Shown here piece by piece: positions 35,363 through 48,149 of a stretch of 64,000 nucleotides of DNA. The position numbers and the translations under genes were made by a program. The stretch spans positions 50,034,001 to 50,098,000 of the forward strand of contig CM060734.1 of the NCBI GenBank assembly GCA_030704615.1, given 5' to 3'. Below the pieces are notes generated by a model. That model did no database searches. It was not told the DNA's origin and worked only from the letters and a program-made list of their open reading frames with translations. Within the stretch, counting starts at the first letter, position 1. Every line of letters starts with the position of its first letter. Source of the DNA: Takakia lepidozioides (taxonomy: Eukaryota; Plantae; Bryophyta).

Positions 35363-35699
35363 GTGTGTGCATACAAGTATGATGAACTGATACATTTGAG
35401 TAAGCGCCTCACCGGGCATTTATGCCTCTGATTGATTGCAAACATTTTTATATGAATTCAAGTGAAGGTTGTCTACATTTCAAATTTGTCATGTTTGTTT
35501 TTTTTTTTTTTTTCTACAGCCATGTCAACCATGTTAGATGGTAACCATGTTTTTCCACAGCAATAGACCCTCTATCTGCCATCCTCGCCTATAGGGCCTA
35601 CTTTTCCACAAGCTTTCGTTGTGCTCACGCTTCCAAGCTAAAGCGTGAGCTCAGCTCCCAGGCTCATGGGGCTGGGCTCACGCCGTAGCTACGCTGACC

Positions 35700-36641
35700 T
35701 AAAAAGTAAAAATATGGTCAAGAGTGGATCTGTTGCGACGGAAACCAGCCTGTCCCTTAGTACGTATGTAAGAGGATTCAGCCCAATCATCCAGTTCCAT
35801 GCTCACTACTGTCCCAAACAATTTAGTTAGTAACGAGGACACCATAATAGTGCGATAGTTGGTCGATGCGAACGTGTCACCGCTCTTGGAGAGTGGATGG
35901 ATGATGCTCTTTGTCCACTTTGTTGGAAAGCCACTACCTCATTGAAGAGGTGAGCTATAAATGGGGCTAAAGTAGGTGCAGCGTGCTTGATGAACTCATT
36001 TTGAAGTCCTGAAATGTCCAGTGCCATGCCATTTTGCAGCATCTTGATTGTCTTTGCTGACATCGGCTGCAGTAAATAGAGAGATTTGTAGGGGTTTAGA
36101 GGTTATGGGAGAGGGAGTTTGGCTTAAGGAATGGTACAAAGACTGGGCATACTCATTCTAGACGTGAATGTTAGTGATTGGGGGAGGGTATCTGTGAGGT
36201 TTAAGGAGGGACAAAAAAGGACGAGGAAGAAATCTGACTTTTGCAAGGAAAGAAGATTGCAAATTGAGAGTATAGGCTCTCTTTTTGGATCTAATGAGGT
36301 ACTTATAGTGCTTAAGAGCTAGGTTTTTTAATCTGGAAAATAATGTATATAAAGTAATGAGATTTGAGGTGACGTCTAGCAACCTTGCATTCTTCATCAT
36401 AAAATGGTGCATAACGACGAGTGGAGAAGGGTGAGAAGGTAAATGGGAAGGTGACGGGGAAGGATCGCAAGGTTGAGTCCCAAAGGGCGTGAGCAAGATA
36501 GGTAGTCTTGTCATTAGGAGATGGTAGATCTAGAATGGAGAGGAGGATTGACGCTAGGCATGTTTCATACTCGGCGTCGTGTAAATGAGAGAAGGGGGTA
36601 TTAAAGTGAATACGTGGGTGTAAAGGAAGAGAAGTAAGCAT
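35700..36641 (-). mobile_element. LINE ORF2 linker plus N-terminal reverse transcriptase, decayed (inverted part of the 32140 LINE)
   Basis: FYDEECK, GLQNEFIK, HLFN, TNYRTIMV, GQAGFRRNRSTLDHIF. Confidence 0.85.
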
Positions 36642-37409
36642 TGTTCTCCCTATTGTTCTGCAACGTTATGAGGTGATTCATGATTCATGATTGGCTGGGT
36701 TGTTGGAGATCGCTTCCTCTTGCCCATTGGGCAGTCAACCTTGATGTGCCCCATTTGGCCCAATTGAAGCATGTGGCTGATGATCAGTCCTCAATTAGGC
36801 GAATAGTGTAGTAGTTACCCTTGTCATCAATAGATACATACTACATACTTAGGCAGAATACTACATACTTACATACTCAGGCAGAATGTCTTCATTTGGC
36901 ATGATAAGAACCATTTTAGCAGACCTTGTTTCATGGAGTCTGGATGCTATGGTTACCCCTGTCGATGCTGAATCTTGCCTAAGGTTTCTTGTGTCCATCT
37001 GTGGATCAAATACAGCTAAGCAGCCAAGGTAGAAGCCAAAGAGTTTGGCTATGCGTGGCAAGTTAACTAGATACTGATCCGGAATGAATGGTAATGAAAC
37101 AAACCCCAAACCCCTTGATTGCCCGGCAGGGGCATGGCGCCTGGCGCAGGTCTGGGCATTCCAGGCCTGGGCCCTAGCTTGAATCCACGGCGATGGCAGC
37201 TCCGGCTAATGCCATGCAGGGGGGCCGGAGGGAGTGCAGCCGCGATGGCGGCAGAGCTCGGGGCTCGAGAAAAACGCCATGAGGAGTGGGCCAAACCTAG
37301 GGCAGGGGTTTGAGAGGGTTGAGGGTGGAGTGGCCCCCCCATGAAAGCAGGGCCGGGTAGTCAGAGGAGCTCCCAAACCCCGCGCCCTTCTGGGCTACGG
37401 CTCCAAATA

Positions 37410-37595
37410 TCCTAGGCCTGCAGGCTATACCAAAAAAAGCTAACCCTATTAGTCGTGTTGGAGCTCCCAAAGAGATAGTCAACCACGCTCTGGCCCTTGT
37501 ATGTGTGGCAGGTGAACTGGCTGGAGGATTTGAAATTGGTTGTGCCATTGTAAATGACAAGCCCCTGAATTTCACAAAACTTGAGTAGATGGGGT
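37410..37595 (-). mobile_element. LINE APE endonuclease C-terminal part (inverted part of the 32140 LINE)
   Basis: HLLKFCEIQGLVIYNG...FTCHTYKGQSVVDYLFGS, the APE segment that normally follows GDFNAR. Confidence 0.85.
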
Positions 37596-37895
37596 AATAC
37601 TTAAATTGAATTTCTTAGTGTGAAATTAAAACTCTCACTCCCGAAACTACTACTTAATTTTAATTTTTGAGTGCGAAGTTAAAACTCTCATTCTTGAAAC
37701 TACTACTTAATTTTAATTTCTTAGTGCGAAATTAAAAACTCTCACTCCCGAAACTACTACTTCATTCTATTTTCTCAGTGCGAAATCAAAACTCTCACTC
37801 CCGAAAGTACTACTTCATTTTAATTTCTCAGAGCAAAATTAAAACTCTCACTCTCGAAACTACTACTTCATTTTAATTTCTCAATGCGAAATTGA
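37596..37895 (+). repeat. 53-54-bp tandem array (about 5.5 units), reverse complement of 34381-34668
   Basis: Unit TACTTCATTTTAATTTCTCAGTGCGAAATTAAAACTCTCACTCCCGAAACTAC. Confidence 0.95.
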
Positions 37896-38270
37896 AAAAT
37901 AGATCAAATAGTTTATCGTTTTGGTGCAACTGCACCCTATAAATGCATCGTGCCTCAACACATGTAATCCTATGATCGTGGTTTAAAAACATACAACCCC
38001 CATGACCGTGGGTTGTGCTTACGCCGTGCTCAGAGGATACCAACCCCCACCCTTAGACAATCACTCGAATAATAGTTCTTATTCTTGGCTTTGGTTTTGT
38101 TTCCTCTCTCATGTTTTCTTCCATTTTGTCCCATAAGCTCTATGAGCTTTCTGTGGACGTTATAAAGCACCATTTCATTTCTCTTGAAAGAATACATGCT
38201 ATGAGATGCACAATTCGCATTTTGCATTATTTGCTGCTTCTTCGTTAGTCAATTTTTGACCTGGTTGAAT

Positions 38271-38834
38271 GGGTGTTGTGCGGGTCCGGGTTTTGACCTC
38301 GGATATCCGGAAGGTTAGGGTATGGGTTACCCAGATCCGCACCCGGACCCATGCTATCACCAAAAACCCGGACCCTGACCCGGGTTCATTTCAGAAATGA
38401 ACCTTGAAATGAACCCGAACCCGCGTGCCAGGTCCAGAACCCCTTAAACCCGCACCCCGGGGCCAGTATAGCGGGTCAGGGTCCGGGTTTTAATTTTAAT
38501 AGATAAATACATAAATAAATGTAGAAACTGTTTTTAAGAAATCAAAATTTGATATTTATTTATTTAAATATGACAGAAAAAGTTATTTATAATTAATTTC
38601 ATTTTTCTAATATCTTTAATCAATTAAATAGGACCTGGATCCGAACCCGTGAACCAGTTAATTTTTTCCAGCAACTACCCAGACCCGGACCTGACTCCGT
38701 GTTCAAAAACCCGGACCCGGACCCGAACTCTCCAAATTTCAAAACCCGGATCCGAACCGGGACTAGGCTCCAAAAAAAGTACCCGAACCCGGACCCTGCG
38801 GGTTTTTAAAAAAGGCACTACTTGCACAACACTG
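38271..38834. mobile_element. hAT-type MITE, about 564 bp
   Basis: TIR-like ends ggGTGTTGTGC / GCACAACACTG, many CCGGACCCG/CCGAACCCG subterminal motifs and an AT-rich core. TSD not recognisable. Confidence 0.7.
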
Positions 38835-38879
38835 GTGTGGACTTCCTAAAGGAAGACTCAAAGGGGACCAAAGTAACTA

Positions 38880-40173
38880 AGTGCAAATATTCAGCCCCTT
38901 GTTCTTCTCTTTGTCCTTCTTTTGCTTCGCCTGACTTGTGCTCTTTGAAGATGGAGTAAAGAAAGTTAGCTTGATATCTGCATGTGGTTTCAGTGGCGTG
39001 GTGGATGCAAAGGGCTCTGACACTAGCCTTGGTGGCTTGCTATGAAAGTTGAGCCGAGTTCACACTGCTCCGCCTGAATCTGCTTCTTGTGGATGGCATC
39101 GACTTCGATGTAGAAACCAATTTTGGTATTGGCTTTGACTTGGCTGCTACTTCACAAGTGGCAATAAAAGGTTCAGGCAATGGGTCTGGAGAGGGTTCCA
39201 GGGATGCCACTACATGTGGTTTCACTGGCGTAGTGGATGCAACGGCTTCACTCACTAGCCCAGGTGGGTTGCTTTGAAATTTGAGCCGAGTTCGCATTGC
39301 CCCACTTGAATCTGCTTCTTGCTTTATCCGTGGTAGTGCATTTGATTTAAACACCAATTTTGGTACTGCCTTCAGTTTGGCTGCTACTGTACAAGTGGTA
39401 ATAGGAGTAGGTTCAGATAATGAGTGAGGGTCACATCTGCAAAGATATAGGTATCACATAAGTAGGCATATCAGTGCTCGTGGGGAGGGCATCTTCATTT
39501 TTGAAATATACCCGTACATTGATGGGGGATATTCTCACTATCTGAGACATCTGTTCTGTTGTCCGAGCTCTGTGGACTTTCTTAGCATAGCAATGGCACT
39601 CAAGGACAGTTGTCTATACGGGCTTTCCGTTCATGCCATTGTCCCCCAAAAAAGCTTAGAGAGTGACCCTCTTCAGGAAATGGTCCTTCCAGCTCATTAT
39701 TATGGAGATCCCTGTAAAAACACATGGTCTCACCGAGCTTGTCCTTGGAGGTATGGAGAATATATAGTGATCAGAAGAATCTGTAGAATTGGAACCAAGA
39801 TACATTAAACATTGTTACAGGGATCAAAAGATTGGTATAGGATCAGGCTGACCTTCACTCTCTCTGTACCATAGAGCCCACTGAAAGCTCAAGTGGGCAC
39901 TTCAAAGACAGTATGAGTGAATTGGGACGGTTGACATAGTCTTTCAAAGTGGATTTCAACTGTGTGCCACAATACAGGTTTCATAACCTTGCCATCATAA
40001 GCCATTGGTGTTGTACCAGCCATGGCAGGTGATTCTGCAGTCTGGGAGCATATGAACCAAGTACGATATTGTGACAGGTATGTATGACATACCATTTGTG
40101 AAAGAGTCGTTTGAAGGGGAAAAAGCTGTCACTTTCCTTTGACCTGATGCACGACCCTCCCCTCTTGACCATT
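38880..40173 (-). pseudogene. Decayed spliced coding sequence of unknown identity with an about 232-bp internal duplication
   Basis: Splice-like junctions (e.g. 40173 acceptor, 40093 donor). Duplicated peptide ..TCxVAAKxKxxPKLV..QEADSxGA.RTRLxFxSxPPxLVSE..ASTTPxKPH, with the second copy frameshifted (copies start at 38978 and 39210). Confidence 0.35.
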
Positions 40174-41202
40174 CTGTAAAATCAAATGTAGTTGACGTGA
40201 AACACAAAACACGAACAGTTGTTTGGAAGACAGAGGATGTCTTGCAATCAGAGACAAAGAACGAGGGGAGAAAAAAAGGGAACAGCAACAGGAACTTTAT
40301 ACTGCCCCAGAAAGCCCAAAGAGCTCATGAGACATAAATGTCTAATCAACAATCAAACCAGATATAAATTACTGCCCGAAACTAGAGGCGCTTGCAAACT
40401 AAAGCAAACTAAAGCCTCTAATCACATAAGGAGGCAGCAGGCCCTTTGTCTGTCAGTAGCAGTTGATGCAAATCTGAAATCTGGGTTAGTGGATTACATA
40501 GGGCAAGAGAAAAAGAAATGTTCCGTCTCAATTTCTAGCAGTGTGCAAGCTTGATGAAACCCTCTCCTCACTCGGTCAGTAATATGAGCTGCCATTTGTA
40601 GGCCACATGTCTGTCACAATGTATATTCCAAGCACCCTGCCTTATCAGCCTGTCCCCAATTCATCAGGATAAACCCCAGGAGGTGGAATAGCAGAATTGT
40701 GTTAAGAGTGTGTGGTTGAAGAGAAAACAGCATAGCCTCTGAAACAGCAGATGGTAAGCCCGTGTCAGCTAATCTGCCTGTTACAAAGTGCCAAAATCTG
40801 TGCAGAGTTATCGCCTAACTGGCTGGTAATTCCACTTCTGTCCCATAAGCTCAACTTCCTTTTCTTTGAATGGGAAGCAGCCCAAACTTACATTAAGGGA
40901 ACTGACCTGAAGCTATGGGGATTGCATCATGACAAGATTCTGTCAAAAACCTCCACGATACAAGACCTTGTGGAGGCTTTCTGTGCAGGGTCCACGCCTG
41001 TCAGGCATATCACACATCTTCTCTCTCTTCTCTGTTCCACTCAGACCAGGCACGGGGTCAATGGCCGCAAGGCTACGGCATACAACATCTTATGAGTACA
41101 TCCACTCTCTTCTCTCTTTTTAGAATCTCTCCAACTCTGAAAATCTTGAGGCTGAGCCTGAAGCCCTGGCCTGTTGGTGTCTAACTGCTGTGTGGCTCCC
41201 AC

Positions 41203-41478
41203 ACAGCAAGTTGATGCTTGTGTGAAGGGCTTACTAGAGGATATCTGGAAAACCCGAACTAATTGTATTTATCAAGGTAAGTCGCGCCAACCACTGGCTA
41301 CCACTTCAGTTCCACCTGCACCAACTAGATCCTGAAAACTTTCATCTGACTTAACTCACAAGTACTACCACCAAAGAATCCTTTGTGAAGGGCTTACTCT
41401 AGTAGCGTGACTTACCTTAGTAAAGATAATTAGTTCGGGTTTTCGAGATATTCCTTCACTCAAACATCAACTTTCTGT
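41203..41478. repeat. Inverted repeat formed by two mini-MITE copies
   Basis: About 85-bp arms (ACAGCAAGTTGATGCTTGTGTGAAGG..GAAAACCCGAACTAATT..GGTAAGTCGCGC versus the reverse of 41400-41478), separated by about 115 bp. Confidence 0.8.
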
Positions 41479-41559
41479 ATGTCAGCCGGTGAACTGAAGT
41501 CTTCCAGCTCAGGATGCTTATTTGATATGTATGACAGGGAAGGTGGATAATGTGTTCAT

Positions 41560-44450
41560 TTTCACGATTAGGCCTAGAAGGGCTTTTATTCGCCTCCTTT
41601 TGACATGCCTAAACATTTGTGGAGTGGTCGGCATTGATGTGCATCACCCACCACACTGAGAGTATGACCCTTCAGTGATTTCTTGAGTGATGAGCTCATT
41701 CATATAAGCTCAAAACTCTTGAACCTGCTTTATAATTTGCCCGACCCCCACTACCTTGTATGGATTTGCTGGTTTTGATTGTGTTTGGGTTTGGGTTATG
41801 GATCCGTGATTCAGAACATTGGGCACTGTATCATTCACTTGGCCTGAAATAAGGCAGCAACTAAATCAAATTTGAATGACAAACCCTCAAAGTAGATGGT
41901 CTAAATCACCAGATTGAAGTTGGAAATTGCTCCCTTGATCCGCTGTAGTGGTTACTGCTGAGGGCCACCCTCGGTTATGCACAGTTCATGGGCGGAAATG
42001 ACATCTTGTACATGGTCTTTGATTCGGGACTGCCTTCAGATCATTTCATAAGAAGCTCTCATGGATCTTCAATCTTCTATTGACAACACATTATCACCCT
42101 GTTGATTTGAAGAGCATCAAACCGCAAGACATCGCCAACACATCTATGAAAAATATACGGAAGCACAGTAATGAAATTATTCCATTGCAACATCTCATAG
42201 AGACTGTAAAACTTAGCTCCACCAACTTGGCTCCACCTTGACCTTAGTGGAGGGCGATCCGAATTGTTTTTCTAAACACATTCTTTCTGGTATTTTGCCC
42301 AAAAGATTGGAGGTCACCAGGACCTTAACCTGTCTTGTCAACACTCACTAGGAGGGTCAACAATGCAGCATACATCCAACTTCCGTTCTGCTTCCAGCAA
42401 GATGGGCACAGGACATGTTCCTTGCGCCCCTGCAAATAAAACAAAAGCTTCTCCTGATGGTGTCACCATGGCAAAATTTGGCCCCAAAGGTCACCGGGGC
42501 CGCCTGTGGTGGTGTACATCAATCCAAAAAATGTGCCTCATCGATCCCGTCTTAGGGTTGGACAGCGGTATGGAGGCAGATTGGTCATAGTAGAGTGCTC
42601 TTCGATGACCATAGAGGACACCCAGGATAGTAGGAAAGCCTGCCTATTCGTGTCAAGGACTTGAAACTTGTAGCAGATTTCATACTGCTCAACCAAGACA
42701 TATTATTGCAGTATTGGGAACTGAAGGACCCCATGGACACGTTAGACATGCTACTGAGTTTGAGACAGGTTGCTGAATTTGAAACAAGTTGTGGACCACT
42801 GGCAATTTTTCTTTCATAAAGGCAATCCAAGTTATGTCTAAAATCTGAAGTAGGAATTGCCAGTCATATATTGGATTTGTATTCTAGTCACAGGAGCTGG
42901 CCAAGGTATTGGGACATGGATGCTTATCGGACCAGCCTCAACCCCAATGTTTGGCAACAATGAGGCATCAGGGTATTCTGGTAGTTGTCATTGTTTTTTT
43001 TTCTGTAAATCATTAGTTGCAACTATCTAGCTTGTAGCTGTTGATGCGGCTGCTCAGTGGGGATCTTCCTCATGCTATTAGACAATCAGTGAGTAACTGT
43101 GCATCATCGGTAAGAGTTGATCAATTTCCCACATCTTTGGTGCATGTAGAGCATTGGAAGGGCTTGGAAAAACATGGGCATGGATATAGCTTTATCATAT
43201 GAATGATGTTCACCAGCTTCACAGCTGCCTGTTGAAGAGACCCACTATTAGTTGTTCAGATGGTTGTTTTTGAGCCAGCTCTGTTGAAGGTAGCAATAAC
43301 CATTTTGGCAATGTGCGAAGATGAGGTGTATTAGCTACCTCTCCATCATTCGACAATAAACATGCAGTGATTTCTTGTACTGTTTTGGTTCTCGCTGTGA
43401 TGCCACAAACTTTTGTCATTGAATATTACGACACAGCTTTGTGTAGTACAATCTTCCCTCTGAATTGAATCTGTTGTTTGCTTGAGCTGAACCACAATCT
43501 CATGGGCCAACCATGTGTAGATGGGAATTTACAAGTGAGTTATTGTTCTTTGTAGTAAGTACTCATGCCTTGCACTTAGTCGCCTTGAATATGTGGCCCT
43601 GTGCGCCTTCACTTTCCCACAAGTATGCAATGGTTCCCTCTGATGCATACTTTGGTTCACCCATGTCAGAAACATCTATGGGAAGTGTTCTCATCTATAC
43701 CATCGCAAGTAAGCATACCCACAAGTCTATGATGATCCATGATACCTCTGATATAAATCTGTCAAAAATTGTATTCCAACTCGTGTATTCTTTCTCTTCT
43801 GGTCCCACCCATTTAAGGGTGAATGCCAGGTAAGATGTATGTTTTGTGAGTTTGCTACTGATGGAAGTAAAGAACTTTTCAGTGCTGCATTCTGGTCGTT
43901 GCCCATACCGCATTTTCCTTTCAGAAGCAATTTACATTCTTACTGCTATGAACTAAGAACTCCATTGAGTGGAGTCATAGGGCATGGCTTCAGAGGAATG
44001 TCTCGAAACTATATTACGAACATCTGGGGAATGCCTGCTGTGAGTCATCAATGATATCTTAGACTTCTCGAAATCCGATATTGCCGGAAAATTGACGATC
44101 AGTCCAGTACCGTGCAATTTGCGCAACGTGGTTGGCGATGTAGGGAGCATGCTAGCTCTTAGGGTGGAGCCCAAAGGAGAGTGGTCCTGCTCTGTCTGCA
44201 GTTTTTGCGGACGCCTTACGATTACGACAAATTAGTAACCTTTTTTGCTGTCACCTTTCCTGAATGCCCTCAACATGTTGCAATGGCTTGTTTTGCTTCC
44301 GGAGCTTGTCGCAGTGTAGGATTCCCCTTCTAGTTATACCTAAATGCGCAACAGGATCTATGATAAGTTGCAATCTCAAGGACCAGGACTTGCTACTTAA
44401 CTTCTCCTTCCGGTAAGGCATCTTGTTATGGAAATTCGAAACTTTATACA
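41560..44450 (-). pseudogene. Heavily decayed intron-containing coding sequence, probably transposon-borne; extent uncertain
   Basis: Exon-like segments with GT/AG borders (near 42429-42350, 42145-41885 and 41843). One frame reads through single-base stop codons (NVLSIED*RSMRASYEMI*RQSRIKDHVQDVISAHEL). No diagnostic motif recognised. Confidence 0.25.
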
Positions 44451-45160
44451 ATGCCCTTTGAGTGGATTGAATTCAGCATCAAGATGAGTTGAAGGGTCAG
44501 ATATCAGTCAAAGTGCAACCTCATTATGTGTTGGGAACTTGAGGGCCCACATGCCTCTCTGCGAATCCTAGAAAGGCCTCACGATTGATAAGGTCAGCAG
44601 TGCACTGTATTTGCAAAAGGCATCGGAAAGGAGGTGAAGTCTGATCTGATCATAACAGAAGGATCAAAAAAATCTCTTGAGTATAACTCTCGTTCAACCT
44701 TAAAACATTCTTCGCACATACGTTTCCTGATGGTGGCGATCTCACTGCATGGATGAATAGTCTGTGGCGATGAAAGTTGTTGCTAAAATGGGCCCACCGA
44801 ACAAAAGCACAGTAAAGGGAAAGAATTTGGCTAGCATAACAGATGCCATACTATCCACTTAGAAAAATTCAAAACGATTACCTTCAGGGAGGTTGTTGAA
44901 ATTCACTGAAGAGTTACCTCCAGGGAGGTATTCTAAAGGAGTTGGGAAAATTCTCGTAAACTATTATATCTTGCTGATATTTGTGGGACTAAAGTTCGGT
45001 ATATTATCATCGCATCTCGAGTATTATTCATCTCAACTTTAGTGTAAACCGCGGGTTCGGATGATCATCCATAGGATGTTTGAAAGTTCTCATCCATCAT
45101 TCCATATTGTAGAAGGGATGAAACTAGGTGGCAATAATTTATTTTTTGGTTCCCTTTTAC

Positions 45161-45290
45161 TATTATTATTATTATAAAGAAAGGGGGCAGATGCCCTTTA
45201 AATCATCACCGACGTCCAACATTATTTGACCTCCCAACTTGCCCTAGAAACCATCCAGGGTTCGAACCCAGGAAGCGAAACTAATCTTCT
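45161..45290 (-). mobile_element. Short SINE-like element (B-box, LINE-type 3' end, (TAA)n tail)
   Basis: GGGTTCGAACCC at 45258-45269. The 3' end GGGCATCTGCCCCCTTTCTTTA(TAA)n resembles the ends at 6841, 13432 and 27593. No clear A-box. Confidence 0.45.
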
Positions 45291-48149
45291 TTTTACCTCC
45301 TCTTCCTAAGTTGGATTTGCACGAATGCATCCAAAAGTATCCCCAACAGAGACATGTTTTCATACTTCGAATGCAAAGTTCATCTATAGAGGATGAAATC
45401 TCACCCTTTTTACCTGATTAAGGTGCTGTTAATCGGCAGCAATAATAGAAGGGTCACCATTTTGTCACCTTTTTGCAGGGCAGGGTCAAACTAATCATGA
45501 ACTGTCCCTCTGTAACTGCAGTTTCTTGGGCACAGTATAATAGAATAGTAGGTCCTGATCACAATATAATGCATATGACTGGTGTCATTTGCACCATGGG
45601 ACTGAGTGCCCCCAAGGGTTTCTTGTTTTCTTGAAAAACAAGGGACCCCAGGTATGTGAGTGCCAGACTCACTCACTGAATGAACATAGGAACTATCATG
45701 GGGATTCTTTTTATTTTTATTTTTATTTTTTTAAGGGATGGGGGTTTGAATGCATATTAAGTTCTGTGCTTGTTGAAATCGAAATAACTGGAAAAAAAAA
45801 AAAAAAAAAAAAAATTGATCCCCATTTGGTTGCTCTTAGGCTGTTGTTGATAAGTTTAGTCTCTACCTGTGATCTAATGTGATGTTTGTGTGTGTTTCCT
45901 GAGTGTTTGTTAAGAAGTGATGAGGAAAGAACTGACTCTGAATTGGAGTGACAGTGAACAGTGAAGCTTTGCTAATAAGGATTGTCCAGAACAGCACAAC
46001 AAAGATGGTGGACACTGGACATATTCCTTTGAACTTTCCCTCCTTTTTCTGCCTTGATCGACTCCTTTTCAGAACATTTCTAGAGTTTGAGAGGAGTTCT
46101 TCTGAGCAAGTCAGGATGATGCAGAATATCATCCAAAAGCCTATGATGGTCTTGGGAGAATTACCTGCTCCCTTGTAATGTCATCTAGTGTGCTGTGGGA
46201 TCCAAACAACAATGCAAACATTTTTCATTCATCTGTTCATTCATGGTGACAGCGGTAGTCAAGCTAACGTCCTTGACCTTGGTTTTCATGTACATAGCAG
46301 GGTGGTCTATATCTGACTACACTCTGTCACTGTACAAATACCATTAAATTCAAACTTTGGGTTCTCTATTCCAAATGATGACACATGCCTCCATGAAAAC
46401 TTCACTCATTTCTGATCGTCTCCAGTCTCTACTGCATTGCACCGTTGAACTTTTGCTGGTTCTTCGTACAGGAGCTCAGGATATAATTTGATTACCTACA
46501 CTCTCAAATTCCAATCCGGTTTCCGGGAATACAGGTTAATTGTTTGGTAGCATTCTTGATAGGTACATTTAATAAAGGAGTGGTCAACCTCAACTTGAAG
46601 AGGGCCCATGCTTGGACAGGTTCCAAGAGTAGTCATAAATAAAGTCAACAAAAGTTGGAGATGGTCATCTACCTAGAGTCGGTGAGTTCTTTAATATATT
46701 CATGACCTTGTTCCTCGCAAGAAAGACACTAAAACAGTATTATAATCACCCAATACAGAATCTGGCTTATTCCCAATCCAAGTTTGTAATGGTAGTAAAT
46801 TCATGTACCTATGTCGATTGAAGCTGGTGAGTAATCTCACCACAGCAGTTACTCAAGAGATTAGTTGGCATAAGCTTTGTACAGCATTGCGGCGCTATCC
46901 TTCTCCAGACTCCAGAGTGGTTGTTTGATAGAAATGTGTCGCTGTATCAAGTGGAGTGAACCATCCATGTTTTCAGCATGATCTGCCAAGCCCCCCATCA
47001 TTGGCCTGTGTTGTGAAATAGTGAGATGATCAATACACATTCAACACAGAACCCAAGGTTCATCATGAGCACGGACAGATATCTTGCAACAGGACACCAG
47101 TGAACAGTATACCTCGGTTCGGTGTTTTTCCCATCTATCTAGGCAACAATATCAACATGATATCATGCATTATTAGAATCCATTGATTGTGTGGTGCCTG
47201 AGCGGCGACGTTACCAGGCAATATCCAATGCTGATGTCGATTGCATATGTCATTCATTTGCAGGCGCCGGGTTTTGTCAACATAAAATATTGATGCCCAA
47301 CAAAGCTGGCTGTCACACCTGCTGTACATGTTAGGTTGCGTTAGGTGAGCTCTTGCTGGAAATAACAAACCCCCACCTGAAAAATTACTCTCCATTGTCC
47401 AAAGCCTTGAAAATAAATGTGCCCCCTCATTACCCCACCAAATTCTTGAAGAAAACTAATCCCTTTTTGGCCCCCCATCATTCAATTGGTCTCAATGTGT
47501 GTCTCCTCGTCCCCTCACATTCAATGAAAGCCCTGGAATAGCAAACCAACAAAAGAAGCAATACGGCAACAGAGCATGTGAAAGATCCCAGCTCCACCGT
47601 CATCATCTGGTCTCCTCCTCTGTCTTGTTTGTACCAGCCTCTCTGCAGATGCTCTGCTCTATGTCTGTGTGTGTATGTGCACATTTTCTCAGTACAGAGA
47701 TGGCAGCCAGACTTGTCAGTCTCACCTTCCTTCATACTTCTCCCTGTCCCCGCTCCATTTAAAAACTGTAAACGGAATAATAAAATCAATTGTTTACTCA
47801 ATCGCTGTACCGTTGTCCTAACGTCCTAACAGTAAGATTCTTTGGTGAGCAGTCGGAGGATTCGAGTCTGTCAGTCTGAAAATAGAAGAAAGGGGAAAAG
47901 GCCACAAATTACCTTATACATGACTGGCACCAGCCTGTCATGTCCGGAATAGTAACCGGTCATGTAGCCGCGCCGCGCTTCCACCGCAGTTACGAGGATC
48001 ATGTGAGCGACTGGCAACACCCGGTCGTTGCGACTGGTATTAGCCGGGCGGAAAGCCCACAGAGCGAAGTGCCTGGATGGGACGTAACCGGCCCCAGCAA
48101 GTGGGCCGGTTAACACGTTCGGCTTTAATTCAAATTCGTGTGGCAGTTG

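Noticed and set aside
34381-37895. CRISPR array or foldback transposon with long TIRs
   Set aside because: Units are contiguous with no unique spacers and there are no cas genes. The arms are out of phase for TIRs and are fully explained by an inversion through one array.
42531-42548. GIDEAH helicase motif II on the - strand
   Set aside because: Stop codons flank it and no Walker A or other helicase motifs are nearby.
46114-46134. miR902-like ATGATGCAGA
   Set aside because: Only a 10-nt match within a tiny self-hairpin, with no precursor arm.
46891-46911. miR390/TAS3-type target site GGCGCTATCC
   Set aside because: Only the half pairing with the miRNA 3' end matches. The seed-pairing half has several mismatches and no second site is seen.
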